Shown here: in pieces, positions 51,304 to 62,996 of the stretch
Numbering within the stretch: position 1 is the first letter of the stretch
Layout: the number at the start of each line of letters is the position of its first letter
From: Thalia democratica
Lineage: Eukaryota
DNA length: 64,000 bases
Direction of reading: 5' to 3'
NCBI GenBank assembly: GCA_965202585.1
Contig: OZ241826.1
Coordinates: 44,702,001 to 44,766,000, forward strand
The notes under the pieces: generated by a model
What the model was told of the DNA's origin: nothing
What the model saw: only the letters and a program-made list of their open reading frames with translations
Database searches by the model: none
Position numbers and translations under genes: made by a program

Positions 51304-54300
51304 ATGAGTATGTATGATATTCATGATCAGGATATTGATCCTGCAGAGGAATACAATGACAATGGCAATGAAATTTCTGTAGACATGTGGCAAGAGTCTT
51401 GCTGGATTGTCATCAGTTCTTACTTTGATGAAAAGGGGCTTGTAAGGCAGCAGCTGGACTCTTTTGATGAGTTTATTCAAATGAAAGTCCAAAGAATTGT
51501 GGAAGACTCTCCAACAATTGAACTTCAGGCTGAAGCTCAGCATACTACAATGGACATACAAGAGCCAACTAGATACCTCTTGAAATTTGAACAAATTTAT
51601 CTGTCCAAGCCTACGCATTGGGAAAAAGATGGTGCCCCAAGCCCAATGATGCCAAATGAAGCAAGATTGAGAAATTTGACTTACTCAGCTCCTCTCTATG
51701 TTGATATCACTAAGACTGTTATTAAACCTGATGAAGCTCCAAGAACTAGCCAAAACTTAAAAATGTTTATTGGTAAAATACCTATTATGTTAAGATCAAC
51801 GTATTGTTTATTGAGTAACATTACAGATCGTGATCTTACAGAATTAAATGAGTGCCCATTAGATCCTGGTGGTTACTTTATTATTAATGGATCAGAAAAA
51901 GTACTTATTGCCCAGGAAAAGATGGCAACTAATACTGTCTACGTTTTTAAGAAAAAAGATCACAAATACACATACACAAGTGAAATCCGAAGCTCTTTAG
52001 AGAACAGTTCTAGGCCAACAAGTTCTATGTGGGTAAATTTGCATGCAAAAGGTGGAGGTCAAGGTGCCAAAAAAAGTGCAGTTGGTCAAAGAATCACTGC
52101 AATTATTCCATACATTCGCCAAGAGATTCCAATAATGATTGTGTTCAGAGCATTGGGTTTTGTTGCAGACAGAGACATATTGGAACATATTATATATGAT
52201 TTTGATGATCCTGAGTTTATGGAAATGGTCAAACCTTCTCTTGATGAAGCTTTTGTTATCCAAGAACAAAATATCGCCTTGAACTTTATTGGTACAAGAG
52301 GTTCAAGAGCTGGCGTTACTAAAGACAAGCGTATTAAATATGCTAAAGATCTTCTTCAAAAAGAGATGTTACCTCATGTTGGAATAAGTGACTTTTGTGA
52401 AACCAAAAAAGCTTACTTTTTGGGTTATATGGTCAATAGACTTATGTTAGCTGCACTTGGTCGCAGAGAAGTTGATGATCGTGATCACTATGGTAACAAG
52501 CGTTTAGATCTTGCTGGACCACTTTTGGCATTTTTATTTAGAGGTCTGTTTAAAAAACTAATGGGAGAAGTTAGGTTGTATGCCCAAAAGTTTATAGACA
52601 AAAACAGAGACTTTAATGTTGAACTAGCAATTAAAACAAGGATTATAACTGATGGCTTAAAATATTCACTTGCTACTGGAAATTGGGGAGACCAAAAGAA
52701 AGCTCACCAGGCTCGTGCTGGGGTCTCTCAAGTTTTAAACAGACTAACCTATGCATCAACACTGTCTCACTTGAGAAGGTTAAACTCTCCTATTGGAAGA
52801 GATGGTAAGCTTGCTAAGCCACGTCAATTGCATAATTCACTATGGGGTATGATTTGTCCTGCAGAAACTCCTGAGGGTCATGCTGTAGGCCTTGTGAAAA
52901 ACTTAGCATTGATGGCATACATATCTGTTGGTTCTCAGCCAAGTCCTATTTTAGAGTTTCTTGAAGAATGGTCTATGGAAAATTTGGAAGAAATTTCACC
53001 TTCCACTATTGCTAATGCAACTAAAATATTTGTGAATGGATGTTGGGTAGGTATTCATCAGGATCCTGAGCAACTAATGACAACTTTAAGAAAACTCAGA
53101 CGTGATATGGATGTTATTGTGTCTGAAGTTTCTATGGTCAGGGATATTAGAGAACGTGAAATACGTATATACACTGATGCTGGAAGAATTTGTAGACCAC
53201 TGCTAATTGTAGAAAATCAAAAGCTTCTACTAAAGAAAAACCACATTGATCAACTAAAAGAAGAATATAATCCTATCAGGTGGCAGGACCTTGTTCAAAT
53301 GGGTGTGGTTGAGTATATTGACCCACTTGAAGAAGAAACAATTATGCTTGCTATGTTCCCTGAAGATTTGCAACAGAAAGGTGAACAATATTGTAGTACA
53401 TACACTCATTGTGAAATTCATCCTGCTATGATTCTTGGTGTGTGTGCTTCTATTATTCCATTTCCTGATCATAACCAATCACCACGTAACACATATCAAA
53501 GTGCTATGGGTAAGCAGGCTATGGGTGTGTACATCACAAATTTCCATGTTCGAATGGATACTTTGGCTCATGTTTTATACTATCCACAGAAGCCTCTGGT
53601 CACTACTAGATCTATGGAATACTTACGATTCAGAGAGTTGCCAGCAGGTATCAATGTTATTGTAGCAATTGCTTCATACACTGGTTACAACCAAGAAGAT
53701 TCTATTATTATAAACAAAAGTTCAATTGATCGTGGGCTCTTTAGGTCAGTCTTTTATCGCTCATACAAAGATGCTGAAAACAAAGGTTCTTATGAAATGG
53801 AAGAGACTTTTGAAAGGCCTTCCAGAGACAGCTGTGTTGGCATGAGGCATGCTTTGTACGACAAACTTGATGATGATGGTCTCATTGCTCCTGGTACTCG
53901 TGTGTCTGGAGATGATGTTGTTATTGGTAAGACTGTCAAACTTGAAGAGAAAGATGATGATGTTAGCAATGTTTCATCAAGGTTCAAGAAAAAAGATGGG
54001 TCCACATTTTTAAGGTCTAGTGAAACTGGTATTGTTGACCAGGTTATGGTCAGTATTAACTCTGATGGTTACAGATTCACAAAAGTAAGAGTGCGCTCTG
54101 TTCGTGTGCCTCAAATTGGAGATAAATTTGCTAGTCGCCACGGTCAGAAAGGTACTTGTGGAATTACATATTCTGCACAAGATATGCCTTTTACATGTGA
54201 AGGAGTTCAACCTGATTTGATTGTCAACCCTCACGCTATCCCATCCAGAATGACCATTGGTCACTTGATTGAGTGTCTTCAAGGTAAAGTTTCCGCTAAC

Positions 54301-54849
54301 AAAGGTGAAATTGGTGATGCCACACCTTTTAATGATGCTGTTAATGTGCAAAAGATATCTAACTTGTTGCGAGAGTATGGGTACCAGCAAAGAGGTAATG
54401 AGGTGCTTTACAATGGTCATACAGGGCAAAAGATGAACACCCAGATTTTCTTTGGACCTACTTACTACCAACGTTTGAAGCATATGGTAGAAGACAAAAT
54501 ACATTCTCGTGCTCGCGGCCCCGTCCAAATTCTCAATAGACAGCCTATGGAAGGTAGGTCTCGTGATGGAGGTTTGCGTTTTGGAGAGATGGAACGTGAT
54601 TGTCAAATTGCTCATGGAGCAGCCCAGTTCTTGAAAGAACGTTTGTTTGAAGCTTCAGATCCTTATGCTGTGCACGTTTGCAATATGTGTGGTCTGATTG
54701 CAATTGCAAACGAGCGCTCTAACACGTTTGAGTGCAGAGGTTGCAACAACAAAACTCGCATATCACAAGTCAAGATGCCCTACGCCTGCAAACTGCTGTT
54801 CCAAGAGTTAATGTCCATGTGTATTGCTCCTCGTATGGTGGTCAACTGA
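51304..54849 (+). CDS. POLR2B: DNA-directed RNA polymerase II subunit RPB2, 1181 aa, single coding exon
   Basis: Uninterrupted ORF with metazoan RPB2 motifs: [80 protein letters not shown], zinc ribbon [18 protein letters not shown]. Confidence 0.98.
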   Translation: MSMYDIHDQDIDPAEEYNDNGNEISVDMWQESCWIVISSYFDEKGLVRQQLDSFDEFIQMKVQRIVEDSPTIELQAEAQHTTMDIQEPTRYLLKFEQIYLSKPTHWEKDGAPSPMMPNEARLRNLTYSAPLYVDITKTVIKPDEAPRTSQNLKMFIGKIPIMLRSTYCLLSNITDRDLTELNECPLDPGGYFIINGSEKVLIAQEKMATNTVYVFKKKDHKYTYTSEIRSSLENSSRPTSSMWVNLHAKGGGQGAKKSAVGQRITAIIPYIRQEIPIMIVFRALGFVADRDILEHIIYDFDDPEFMEMVKPSLDEAFVIQEQNIALNFIGTRGSRAGVTKDKRIKYAKDLLQKEMLPHVGISDFCETKKAYFLGYMVNRLMLAALGRREVDDRDHYGNKRLDLAGPLLAFLFRGLFKKLMGEVRLYAQKFIDKNRDFNVELAIKTRIITDGLKYSLATGNWGDQKKAHQARAGVSQVLNRLTYASTLSHLRRLNSPIGRDGKLAKPRQLHNSLWGMICPAETPEGHAVGLVKNLALMAYISVGSQPSPILEFLEEWSMENLEEISPSTIANATKIFVNGCWVGIHQDPEQLMTTLRKLRRDMDVIVSEVSMVRDIREREIRIYTDAGRICRPLLIVENQKLLLKKNHIDQLKEEYNPIRWQDLVQMGVVEYIDPLEEETIMLAMFPEDLQQKGEQYCSTYTHCEIHPAMILGVCASIIPFPDHNQSPRNTYQSAMGKQAMGVYITNFHVRMDTLAHVLYYPQKPLVTTRSMEYLRFRELPAGINVIVAIASYTGYNQEDSIIINKSSIDRGLFRSVFYRSYKDAENKGSYEMEETFERPSRDSCVGMRHALYDKLDDDGLIAPGTRVSGDDVVIGKTVKLEEKDDDVSNVSSRFKKKDGSTFLRSSETGIVDQVMVSINSDGYRFTKVRVRSVRVPQIGDKFASRHGQKGTCGITYSAQDMPFTCEGVQPDLIVNPHAIPSRMTIGHLIECLQGKVSANKGEIGDATPFNDAVNVQKISNLLREYGYQQRGNEVLYNGHTGQKMNTQIFFGPTYYQRLKHMVEDKIHSRARGPVQILNRQPMEGRSRDGGLRFGEMERDCQIAHGAAQFLKERLFEASDPYAVHVCNMCGLIAIANERSNTFECRGCNNKTRISQVKMPYACKLLFQELMSMCIAPRMVVN

Positions 54850-55445
54850 GTAGAAACATTACGTTGATTGTAAACGACAAAGTTTTTGAATGTGAACATA
54901 ATTTACCAAGTGTAATATAAGAATGTATAACTTTAATTTTGCTTTCAACTTTATTAGAGTTACTTTTTTAAACGAATTCATAAAGCGTTTTTGTTTGTAT
55001 TTACTACAATTCAATTTTAGAAAATTAAAAGTATTGGTTTACATTTAGAAAATATAAATTACTAATGTTTCATAGTATTTCTAGAAAATAATATCGTTTT
55101 CATATTTTTTAATAATGTAGTATTAAAGCAAAAAATAATATATATTTGTAATTTTACTGAGTTGAAAAATGTTTTAATTTGTGTATAACGTGTAAAATTT
55201 TACCTTGTTTTAATTTTTTATTTTTTAAAATATTTTATATGGTAGATAAAATACCAGATGAAGGTAACTAACTGAAAAGTTTTTTTTTTACAATAAGTTT
55301 CAAAATTTCTCTGAAAACCTCTTAAATTAAAAAAAAAATCAAAGTACCTTTCTAAGTCTGTTTTTATTATTGAATAGGATTTTTATGAGGCTAATTAATA
55401 TTTTCAATGTTTCGTTCAAATCTTGACCATGAAAGTCGGGGAAGT

Positions 55446-58400
55446 ATGTTAAATCTTCGCAAAAAGAAGAAAAATATTAGAAGCATTGTTGTTGACACAT
55501 TAGACGCTCGCCTTTATTTTGAGTGCGTTTAAAAAAAAAGTTTTAATTAAGTTTTGACCTAAATCTAATGTTTTAATGTATCTGCGGATAGCTGCAATAT
55601 ATACTTTGTTTATGAATTTCAAGCTTTGTAATTTTTATATTGAAATAAGTACTTTTGTTTAACTCTTTTATGATGAGTATTTAAGTACAAGTTATTGAAA
55701 TCAAATTTCTTTCAATAGTATTTCAATATCCTTTTTAATTATAAAAAATTATAATAAAAGTGAACATAAGTTATAAAGATTCAAATTTTATACTGTAGCA
55801 TTGAAATTGGATCAAAAGCGAGAGTTGTTTTTGATCTTGTCTGCCACACAATTGGACTGCGTGAAACAAACTTCTTCGGGCTGGCAATCGATCAGGACAC
55901 AAGCGAGTTTCCGTTTTGGTTAAAACTGGATAAAAAGGTTCACATATAAAATATTATTATGATATTATAACAACTTTAAAAATCTTAATGTTTCTTATTG
56001 TAATAATTAAAAGAAATCTTTAGCTGGTTAGTGTTCTTAAACTCTTACTAAGCTACAATTTATCATTCGAATTATATCAATATAGTTTTTAAAAGTTTTA
56101 TCACTTATATAAGTGTTTTAGTAATTTATTTTAAATATATAATCTACAGTTATTCGATCAAATAGCCCATATTTTCAAAGAAGATCAGAATGTAGTGCTG
56201 CAGTTTTATGCAAAGTATTTTCCCGAAAGCGCTGAAGACGAACTGTTGCAGGATGTCACTAAACATTATTTTGCACTTCAGGTTGATCATTTTTAGTTGG
56301 ATTAATTGTTTTTGATGGTATAGTAAAAATCTATTTTTAATTAAAATTTTTATAAGTTGTTATAAGAAACGCAGCATAAAATATTAATAAGCTTTAAGGT
56401 TACTAATATTAACTAATGTATACAGGGTTGCCAAAAAACTTGGAATTCTGGAAAAACCTGGAATTTGACAATTTAGGCTAAAAAATAACTGGAAAAACCT
56501 GGAATTGAAAAAAAATTGGAAAAAAAATTGGAATTTTGAAGCATAACCACTAAAAAACCTTGAATTTTAAAAAACAAAAATCACTAAAAAAAGCTGAAAA
56601 ATCCTGGAATTTTAAACAATTTTAACATCTTAAGTAGTAAGCTTTTAATTTGACACGAAAAATCTACCAATATATAAAAAAATTCCTTTATCATTGAAAT
56701 TTATTTATTAAAAAACACATTTAAAGTAGCTTTACAGTATCTTTTCAGTGTTATTATACTACTTAGCACAGTTTTTTACCTTAGACTTAGCTTTAAAAAA
56801 ATCAGGAATAAATTTCTCAAAAAAATTTGGCAACCCTGTGTATAATTTGGTAATTTTTTTTTTATTCAATAAAAAAATTGTAATTGTAAAAATATGTTAA
56901 ATTTTATTGGTTATAGTTGTCTCTTAACAGTATTGAATTATAAATGCCAATAAAACTAAAATTTAAATTTTTAAAGATATCCTCAATAATGTATTTATAT
57001 AATTGGTATAGATGTCTTTAAAGATTATAGTGTTTTAACGAACTTGACTTATTAATATTTTTAAAAAGTAAAGCAATTAGTTTTAAAAATATTGACCTTA
57101 CAGTTTAATGTAATGTTTTTACATATTTTATTTTTTACATATTTAAATTATAATTTTACCCTATTAACCACCCTGAACAGCAAAACTAATTTTGAAAATT
57201 TTAACAGTACCAGTTCTTAATACAGAAGAATTTTATAGAATGCACTTATGATGCTGGTGAACTGTTGGCAGCTTTTTCAGCTCAGATAAAAGTTAGTACA
57301 TTTTCATATGCCATTATAGTTATTTAAAGTGAAACTTTTAGCTAATATTATCTTGAAAATGTTAATCAACTTAAACTGAATAATATTTATTTGAGGCTCT
57401 AAAACTCATGGTATTTTGAATAATAAAAAATGTTTGTTAGTAAACAGTTTGCTGTAACTATAAATAATTTTAGTAAGCTTAATTTACTGTACATGTTTTA
57501 AAAACTTTCAGTTTCTAATGTAAATGATCTTTACAAAACTGTTGAAAAATATTTTACACGTTTAAAGTTTTTTTTGTACACAGTATGGAAACTTTAGTGT
57601 GATCGAGAACGAAAACCTGTGGGAAATGTATAAAGATTTTGTACCTCAGTCTACTTTAACCTACTACAACAATAATCAGGACGCAATAGTAAAAGCAGTA
57701 AGTATGTGGTAAGTATATCTGTATATGCTAAGTTTGTATATTAAATCTTAAATAACATGTTTATAAAGTATTCTTTATTATGATTAACAAGTCTAGTTAT
57801 TTGTGTAGTTTAATTTTTAAAACTGTCCACTTCTAATTTTAGTTTAGCTAGGTAAAAATCTATTTAAAGTAATACTATAAAGGCCACGACAAGTAAACCA
57901 CGATCAGTAACTTTGTTATGTGTGCAAATTATACACTCTTATATTCTGTCTCGTGCCAGAGAGCTCATTACGTAAGATGATTTTCACTATTGTTATCACT
58001 TAAACGTTTACAGGCACATAAAGCACAAGGGAATGTGCAGGGAGGCTGCAGAACACGAGTACGTTAACATTGTTCACGACTTTCCAATGTGTGGAGTCAA
58101 CTACTACGAAGTTCAGGTTGATGAGTTGTTCATTTAATTTTTGATTTTATAACTATCGAGCTACTATGTCAATTGCTTCCAATCTCAGGTTAATTAAATA
58201 GTTTGTTCGTCTAAATCGGTGATTACTTATTAGTTTTAAAAAATTAAAGTATCATAGTTCTTTTTACCTACAAAGGGTGTGTTTTCTATTTAAAATACAT
58301 ATAGCTTCCACTTTGACCAAGTCAAACACGTTACAGCAAATTTTAACTATCTTAAGTTTCTGCAAATTGAAATATTTAGCACAGCTTTGATTGTTCACCA

Positions 58401-61400
58401 AATGCTTAGTCATAGCAGATCTTTTTCTTGCAGATATAATTTTTACAGACTTCTTTCTTTTTCCTTTTCAGCTGATTTTAATAACTTATCAATTCAAGCG
58501 GGTATATGTTTTTTGACCCTAAGATTATATTAAAATTAACTGAAAAGTTTATCTTTATGTTAGTTTTTTAAGAATACTTTACTTTCTGATTCCATATACC
58601 GTTTTAGCCAATAAAACGGCATAACTAGATTTGTATTTATAAAGTTAAACAAAACATGATTCGTTTAACCGTAAAAAAACATAAAAAATCTACAAGCTGT
58701 TACAACAAAAAAAAGTAGGCTTATCTTGTTTCTTTTTTAGTATTAAAATAATCCTAATTTTAAAATAAATTTAAAAACAAAAAAAAAGTGCAAAAGCATT
58801 TTGTGAGCTACTACTTTAAGGCTTCTTACTTTTATTGTAATAGATTATTAATAATTCACTAGCTATAATTTTGGGTTACATCGAAACTTAGTTTTTAAAA
58901 AGATTAAAAGTAGTTTGTACAAGATTTTAATCCCTATTTCCACTTCAATGTGGTTTGGGTCCACTGTGTAATGGAGTTCTAACATTTCTTTTTATAAAAC
59001 TAAATTTACAAAACCTTATTACAAAAACTTAAACGAAAGCTTGAAGTATGATCTTCTAGTCATTTTTTATAGGATACAAAAGTTTTAATTTTATTTTGAG
59101 ATAAAATCAAATCAATATTTAAAAAAAAATAGTCAATTTTATAAAAATTTTCCGATAATAGCCTATGCAACGCAGTTTTTTATATCGTGAGTCTGGACGT
59201 TAAAATAATCAATAACATATTTTTTATACCCTTTTTTTCGGATTAGAGAACTCAAATTCTCAAAAAATGTTTCTTCAGTATTAAAAGAAATAAAAAATAA
59301 ATCAAAATGTATTTTTTTTTCCACAATTATTCAGTTTTTTTTTTGTATAAGTATTTTAAATGAAATTTAGAAATTCCGTATAACGGTTTTTATTTTTAAT
59401 AATTAAAACTGAGAAAGTTTGAAAACGATTGCTTAAAAATTTGAGGAGATTTTTAGTACAATATTTTTTTGCTTTTTAGTTTGCTAAAATGTTATATCAT
59501 AAACTAAATATCAAACTTTCACAGGGCAGCAACGGCATCCTAGAAATAAGTTTAAGTTTTGAAAAACGGTCAAAAGTAGAATATAATTAGCAGGCCACAA
59601 AACCTGGAAAAACCTAGAATTTGATATTATAGGCCAAAAGAACCTTGAAAAACATGGATTTTTAAAAAAACCTGGAATTTTGAACAAAAAAAAAACTAGA
59701 AAACCTGGAATTTTAAACAATGTTTACATGTTAAGTAGTAAAATTTTAATTTAACACAAAAAATCTACCATAAAATAAAAAATTTGTCATCAACAACAAA
59801 AAATTTATTGAAAAACACATTTAAAGTAGTTTTACAGTATTTTTCAATGTTATTATACTACTTAACATAGTTTACCTTTAACATAGCTCAAATCTAAAAA
59901 TAGACCCAAAAATGTTTACTTTTAAAACCCTTGAAGAAATTACTCAAACACCAGTGGCAACCTTGTATAATCATTAAAAAAAATGCTAAAAACAGGGTTT
60001 TACCCTTATAGCATATATTATATTATCCTCATATCAAAATATCTTATTATAAACAAAATATCAACACAGGACAGCAACGGGGTGAACGCGTTGTTGGGAG
60101 TGAAAGCGGATTCGGTGTCGACTTACCCGATGACCGACAAAATAAACCCCACCACCACCGTGGACTGGAACTCCTTGGTTGACATGAGCTACACGGAGCG
60201 CAAGTTCACCTTCAAGTACGCCGTTCCAATGCCAGGTAGTTGTTTCAAGCAAATTAAAAACCTTTACTTTTGTTGATTTGTATAAATTTATTACATTTTA
60301 AAGATAAACTACGTTTTTTGACTTTTGGTTTATTCACTCAATTTTATTAGTTCACGAGTTCTTTCATGAAACGGTGTTTCACTCACTTAATCAATAAGAT
60401 TGTTGAGATCCTCAGTTTCAATTAATTCTTATTTAAACAAAGAAGGTTTCTTCTCTAATAGTTGTTACTTGAGGAAAAATTATATTTATGATATACCGCG
60501 CAGAAAATGACAACAAAAAGAAAGAGTCGTCGCTGAAGAGGTCGTTGAAGCTGGGCAGCCAGTTGAACTTGTCCACTGTGAACTTGAACAAGCACAGCAA
60601 CCACTACTACCTGGACCTGACCATCAACGTGAAAAACACCGACATGTGCAAATACGTGAGTTGAAAGTGTTTTTGATTAAAGTGTGACCAGGCGAAGTAG
60701 CCTGTATGGGTAGTTGTACAACTGAATGCGTTTTTTGTAGTTGAAGTTTAAACTAAAGTTCGGCCCATGATAATAAAAGAAAACTGATTCCTAGTGGTTT
60801 TTGAGATGATTTCATAATTCTAGACCCTTGTTTGGAATTTTTTGGATATTTTTATAACCTTGTAACTATATATAGCAATATGAAATTCATTAAAATACAA
60901 AAAAAAAAACTAGTTTTGAGAAAAAGTTTGTGTACTAATAAAATTACACAAATGTAATTTTCTAGTTGTAAAATTTCTTATCCATTTAAAATATTTTTTA
61001 TTTATTCAAACTACAACGTAGTAATAATAAATAATTTTAGTTTTAACAAAAAGGTAACAAAGTTGTTGATCTACATAAAAATAATACTAAATGTATCAGT
61101 TATAAAGTAAACAGCGTCAAATATTTTAACCAAAACTTTATTGTTAGCTGATAGACATCTGTAGGGGAAACCATTCATTGTACATGGAAAGAAGAAAGCT
61201 GGGTAGAAACATGGAGCTTCAGCAAATGAAAAGTCTAGCGCTCGAAGAAAAGGGTAGAAGAGAAGTTAGTTAAAAACTTATACTGAATTAAATACTCTTA
61301 AAGAAACTTGCTGTGAACTTTAGAACTGTTCGAATTCTTTTAGTTTTTAGTGTTTTTCTAAGAGTAATATAAATATTTGTAAGATGTTTTTCAATACAGA

Positions 61401-62996
61401 GCTTCCCCGCTTATCTAGTTCCTCGCTTATCCCGTTGGTTTTTGTCGATAAGTAGGTTTATTTAATTTAGCTTAATTCAAAGCCTTACTATAAATACGTG
61501 TCTAATTTGATTTCAATAACTAAGCAAGCAGTTTATAGTAACGTGATGATAAAAAAAAAATTATAGTTCATGTTTTTCGCCCTATACTAAAACAGTATTA
61601 AACTGAGGGTTACTCCAAACATAAAATTTTTAATTGTGAAGAAACCAAGAAACCGGGTTGTATTTAACAATGTTGCCTGGAAATACTGAAGCATTAGTAC
61701 ACAATCAGCCGGATTAAACAACAAACCAGAAACCTTATTAGAAAGTGTTTCATAACTTATCCAATTCCGAGAATTTAATGCTAAGAAACAAGAAAATTAT
61801 GTCAAACAAACTTCCATTCTTTCTTTTTTCAGAAAGCGTCCCAATACTAGTTTAACTGTTTATGATGTGATTTGTTTTTGTTAAATTAATTCAAAACTTT
61901 ACAAAGTTTCGTTTCGTTTATTGTTTGTCTGTTTTAATTGTTTGGTTTGATGAAGAAAATTTAAATTAACTTTATTGGCAGATAAGTAATTGTACGTTTT
62001 GTTATATGCATTGAATAATATTAATGAGGTAAATTATGATGAAAAACCATATTTTATCCTTACCCGGCCAAAGGCTAATCAGGTCTAGTTTACATAAAAC
62101 GCATGCCGGGTAAGTAAGAAAGCACTGTACTTGCAATCACAGTTACTATTTTTATTTTTGTAAATCTAATGGTAGCGATCGTTATGCCTTCTTATGCTTA
62201 GATCGTCAAGCATTTAATCAACAGCAAAAAGTTTAGTTTATAAAACCAATAGATCTAAGAAAGCTACGTTAGAATAGTGCTGGCGAGAAAGCGAAAATTC
62301 GCAATAACTTTTAACCACAACCATATCACTGCAATTAATTTTTTTTGTGTTATTCAAAATGTATACATTTCAGAAAGAACGGGAGAGCAGCTTGAAGGAC
62401 GTGGACATAAAGCTGAAGTTTCACGAAGAAAAAATGGAGATGATAGCCAAGTACAAAGTGCTGGAAAAGAAGTACAACGAAACTCTGGTTTCACTGGTTG
62501 GTATTTATATTTATACTTGGAGAAACATAAATCAACAATTTTTTTCACCGTTTTATAGATTTAATTTAAAATCAAAACGGTGGAACTGATCGGTTCGCCT
62601 TTGTAAACCAAGGATACCTGCAACTAGTTTGCATATTTTCCGAGTCAGCATAACTTTTTAAATGTGTTTTTTATGTTGTTTCAAAAATGCTAATTAGTTT
62701 CAGGTTTAAGAAATTACCCGAAATATAATGCTAGAACATTTTTTTAATCGGCTGCCGACGAATTTTTTTAAACCGAGCCGTCTTTTTCAATCGGCTCACA
62801 ATTTTATCTCGACCAATCACGAGTCGTTATTTTCATTTTTTTCTCTTAACCAACCGCGAAGCGGGGATCGACGGAGATGTGCGGGTTGCAGCGGGAGAAG
62901 ACGGAGGCGCTGGAGGAGGAGGCGTCGCTGCTGAGGCTGAAGGCGAGGAGCATCCAGAACTCCATGCAGCAGGTGTCCATGGATTTCGAGGTTTGA
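55446..62996 (+). CDS. NF2: Divergent merlin (NF2)-like FERM protein, 11 exons, about 450 aa if it ends at the TGA at 62994-62996
   Basis: Exons 55446-55522, 55799-55937, 56150-56281, 57208-57291, 57584-57708, 58014-58116, 60070-60235, 60504-60655, 61148-61264, 62374-62496, 62862-62990 (or 62996), all in phase. Motifs: [86 protein letters not shown]. Several boundaries and exon sizes (28 aa and 41 aa) match human NF2 as I recall it. The 3' end is uncertain. Confidence 0.8.
56423..56838. mobile_element. CAGGGTTGCCA-ended MITE, copy 3, in intron 3 of the merlin-like gene
   Basis: Perfect TIR CAGGGTTGCCAAA / TTTGGCAACCCTG flanked by the direct repeat TGTATA (56417-56422 and 56839-56844). Confidence 0.85.
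59522..59965. mobile_element. CAGGGTTGCCA-family MITE, copy 4, in intron 6 of the merlin-like gene
   Basis: Decayed ends CAGGGCAGCAA / TGGCAACCTTG; AAAACCTGGAA repeats; shared body (ACACATTTAAAGTAG...TTACAGTA). Confidence 0.7.

Noticed and set aside
51304-54849. Intronless RPB2 as a giant-virus insertion or contaminant
   Set aside because: The protein reads as a typical metazoan Pol II RPB2 along its whole length, its composition fits the host, and no viral genes flank it.
51274-54920. Antisense and alternate-frame ORFs over RPB2 (for example 54010-54615, 201 aa)
   Set aside because: These are shadows of a long coding sequence with no recognisable motifs.
55446-62996. Calling the FERM gene an ezrin/radixin/moesin
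   Set aside because: The basic N-terminal extension, FDLVC motif, RGSTEM...EEEASLL segment and exon sizes fit merlin better. A phylogeny is still needed.
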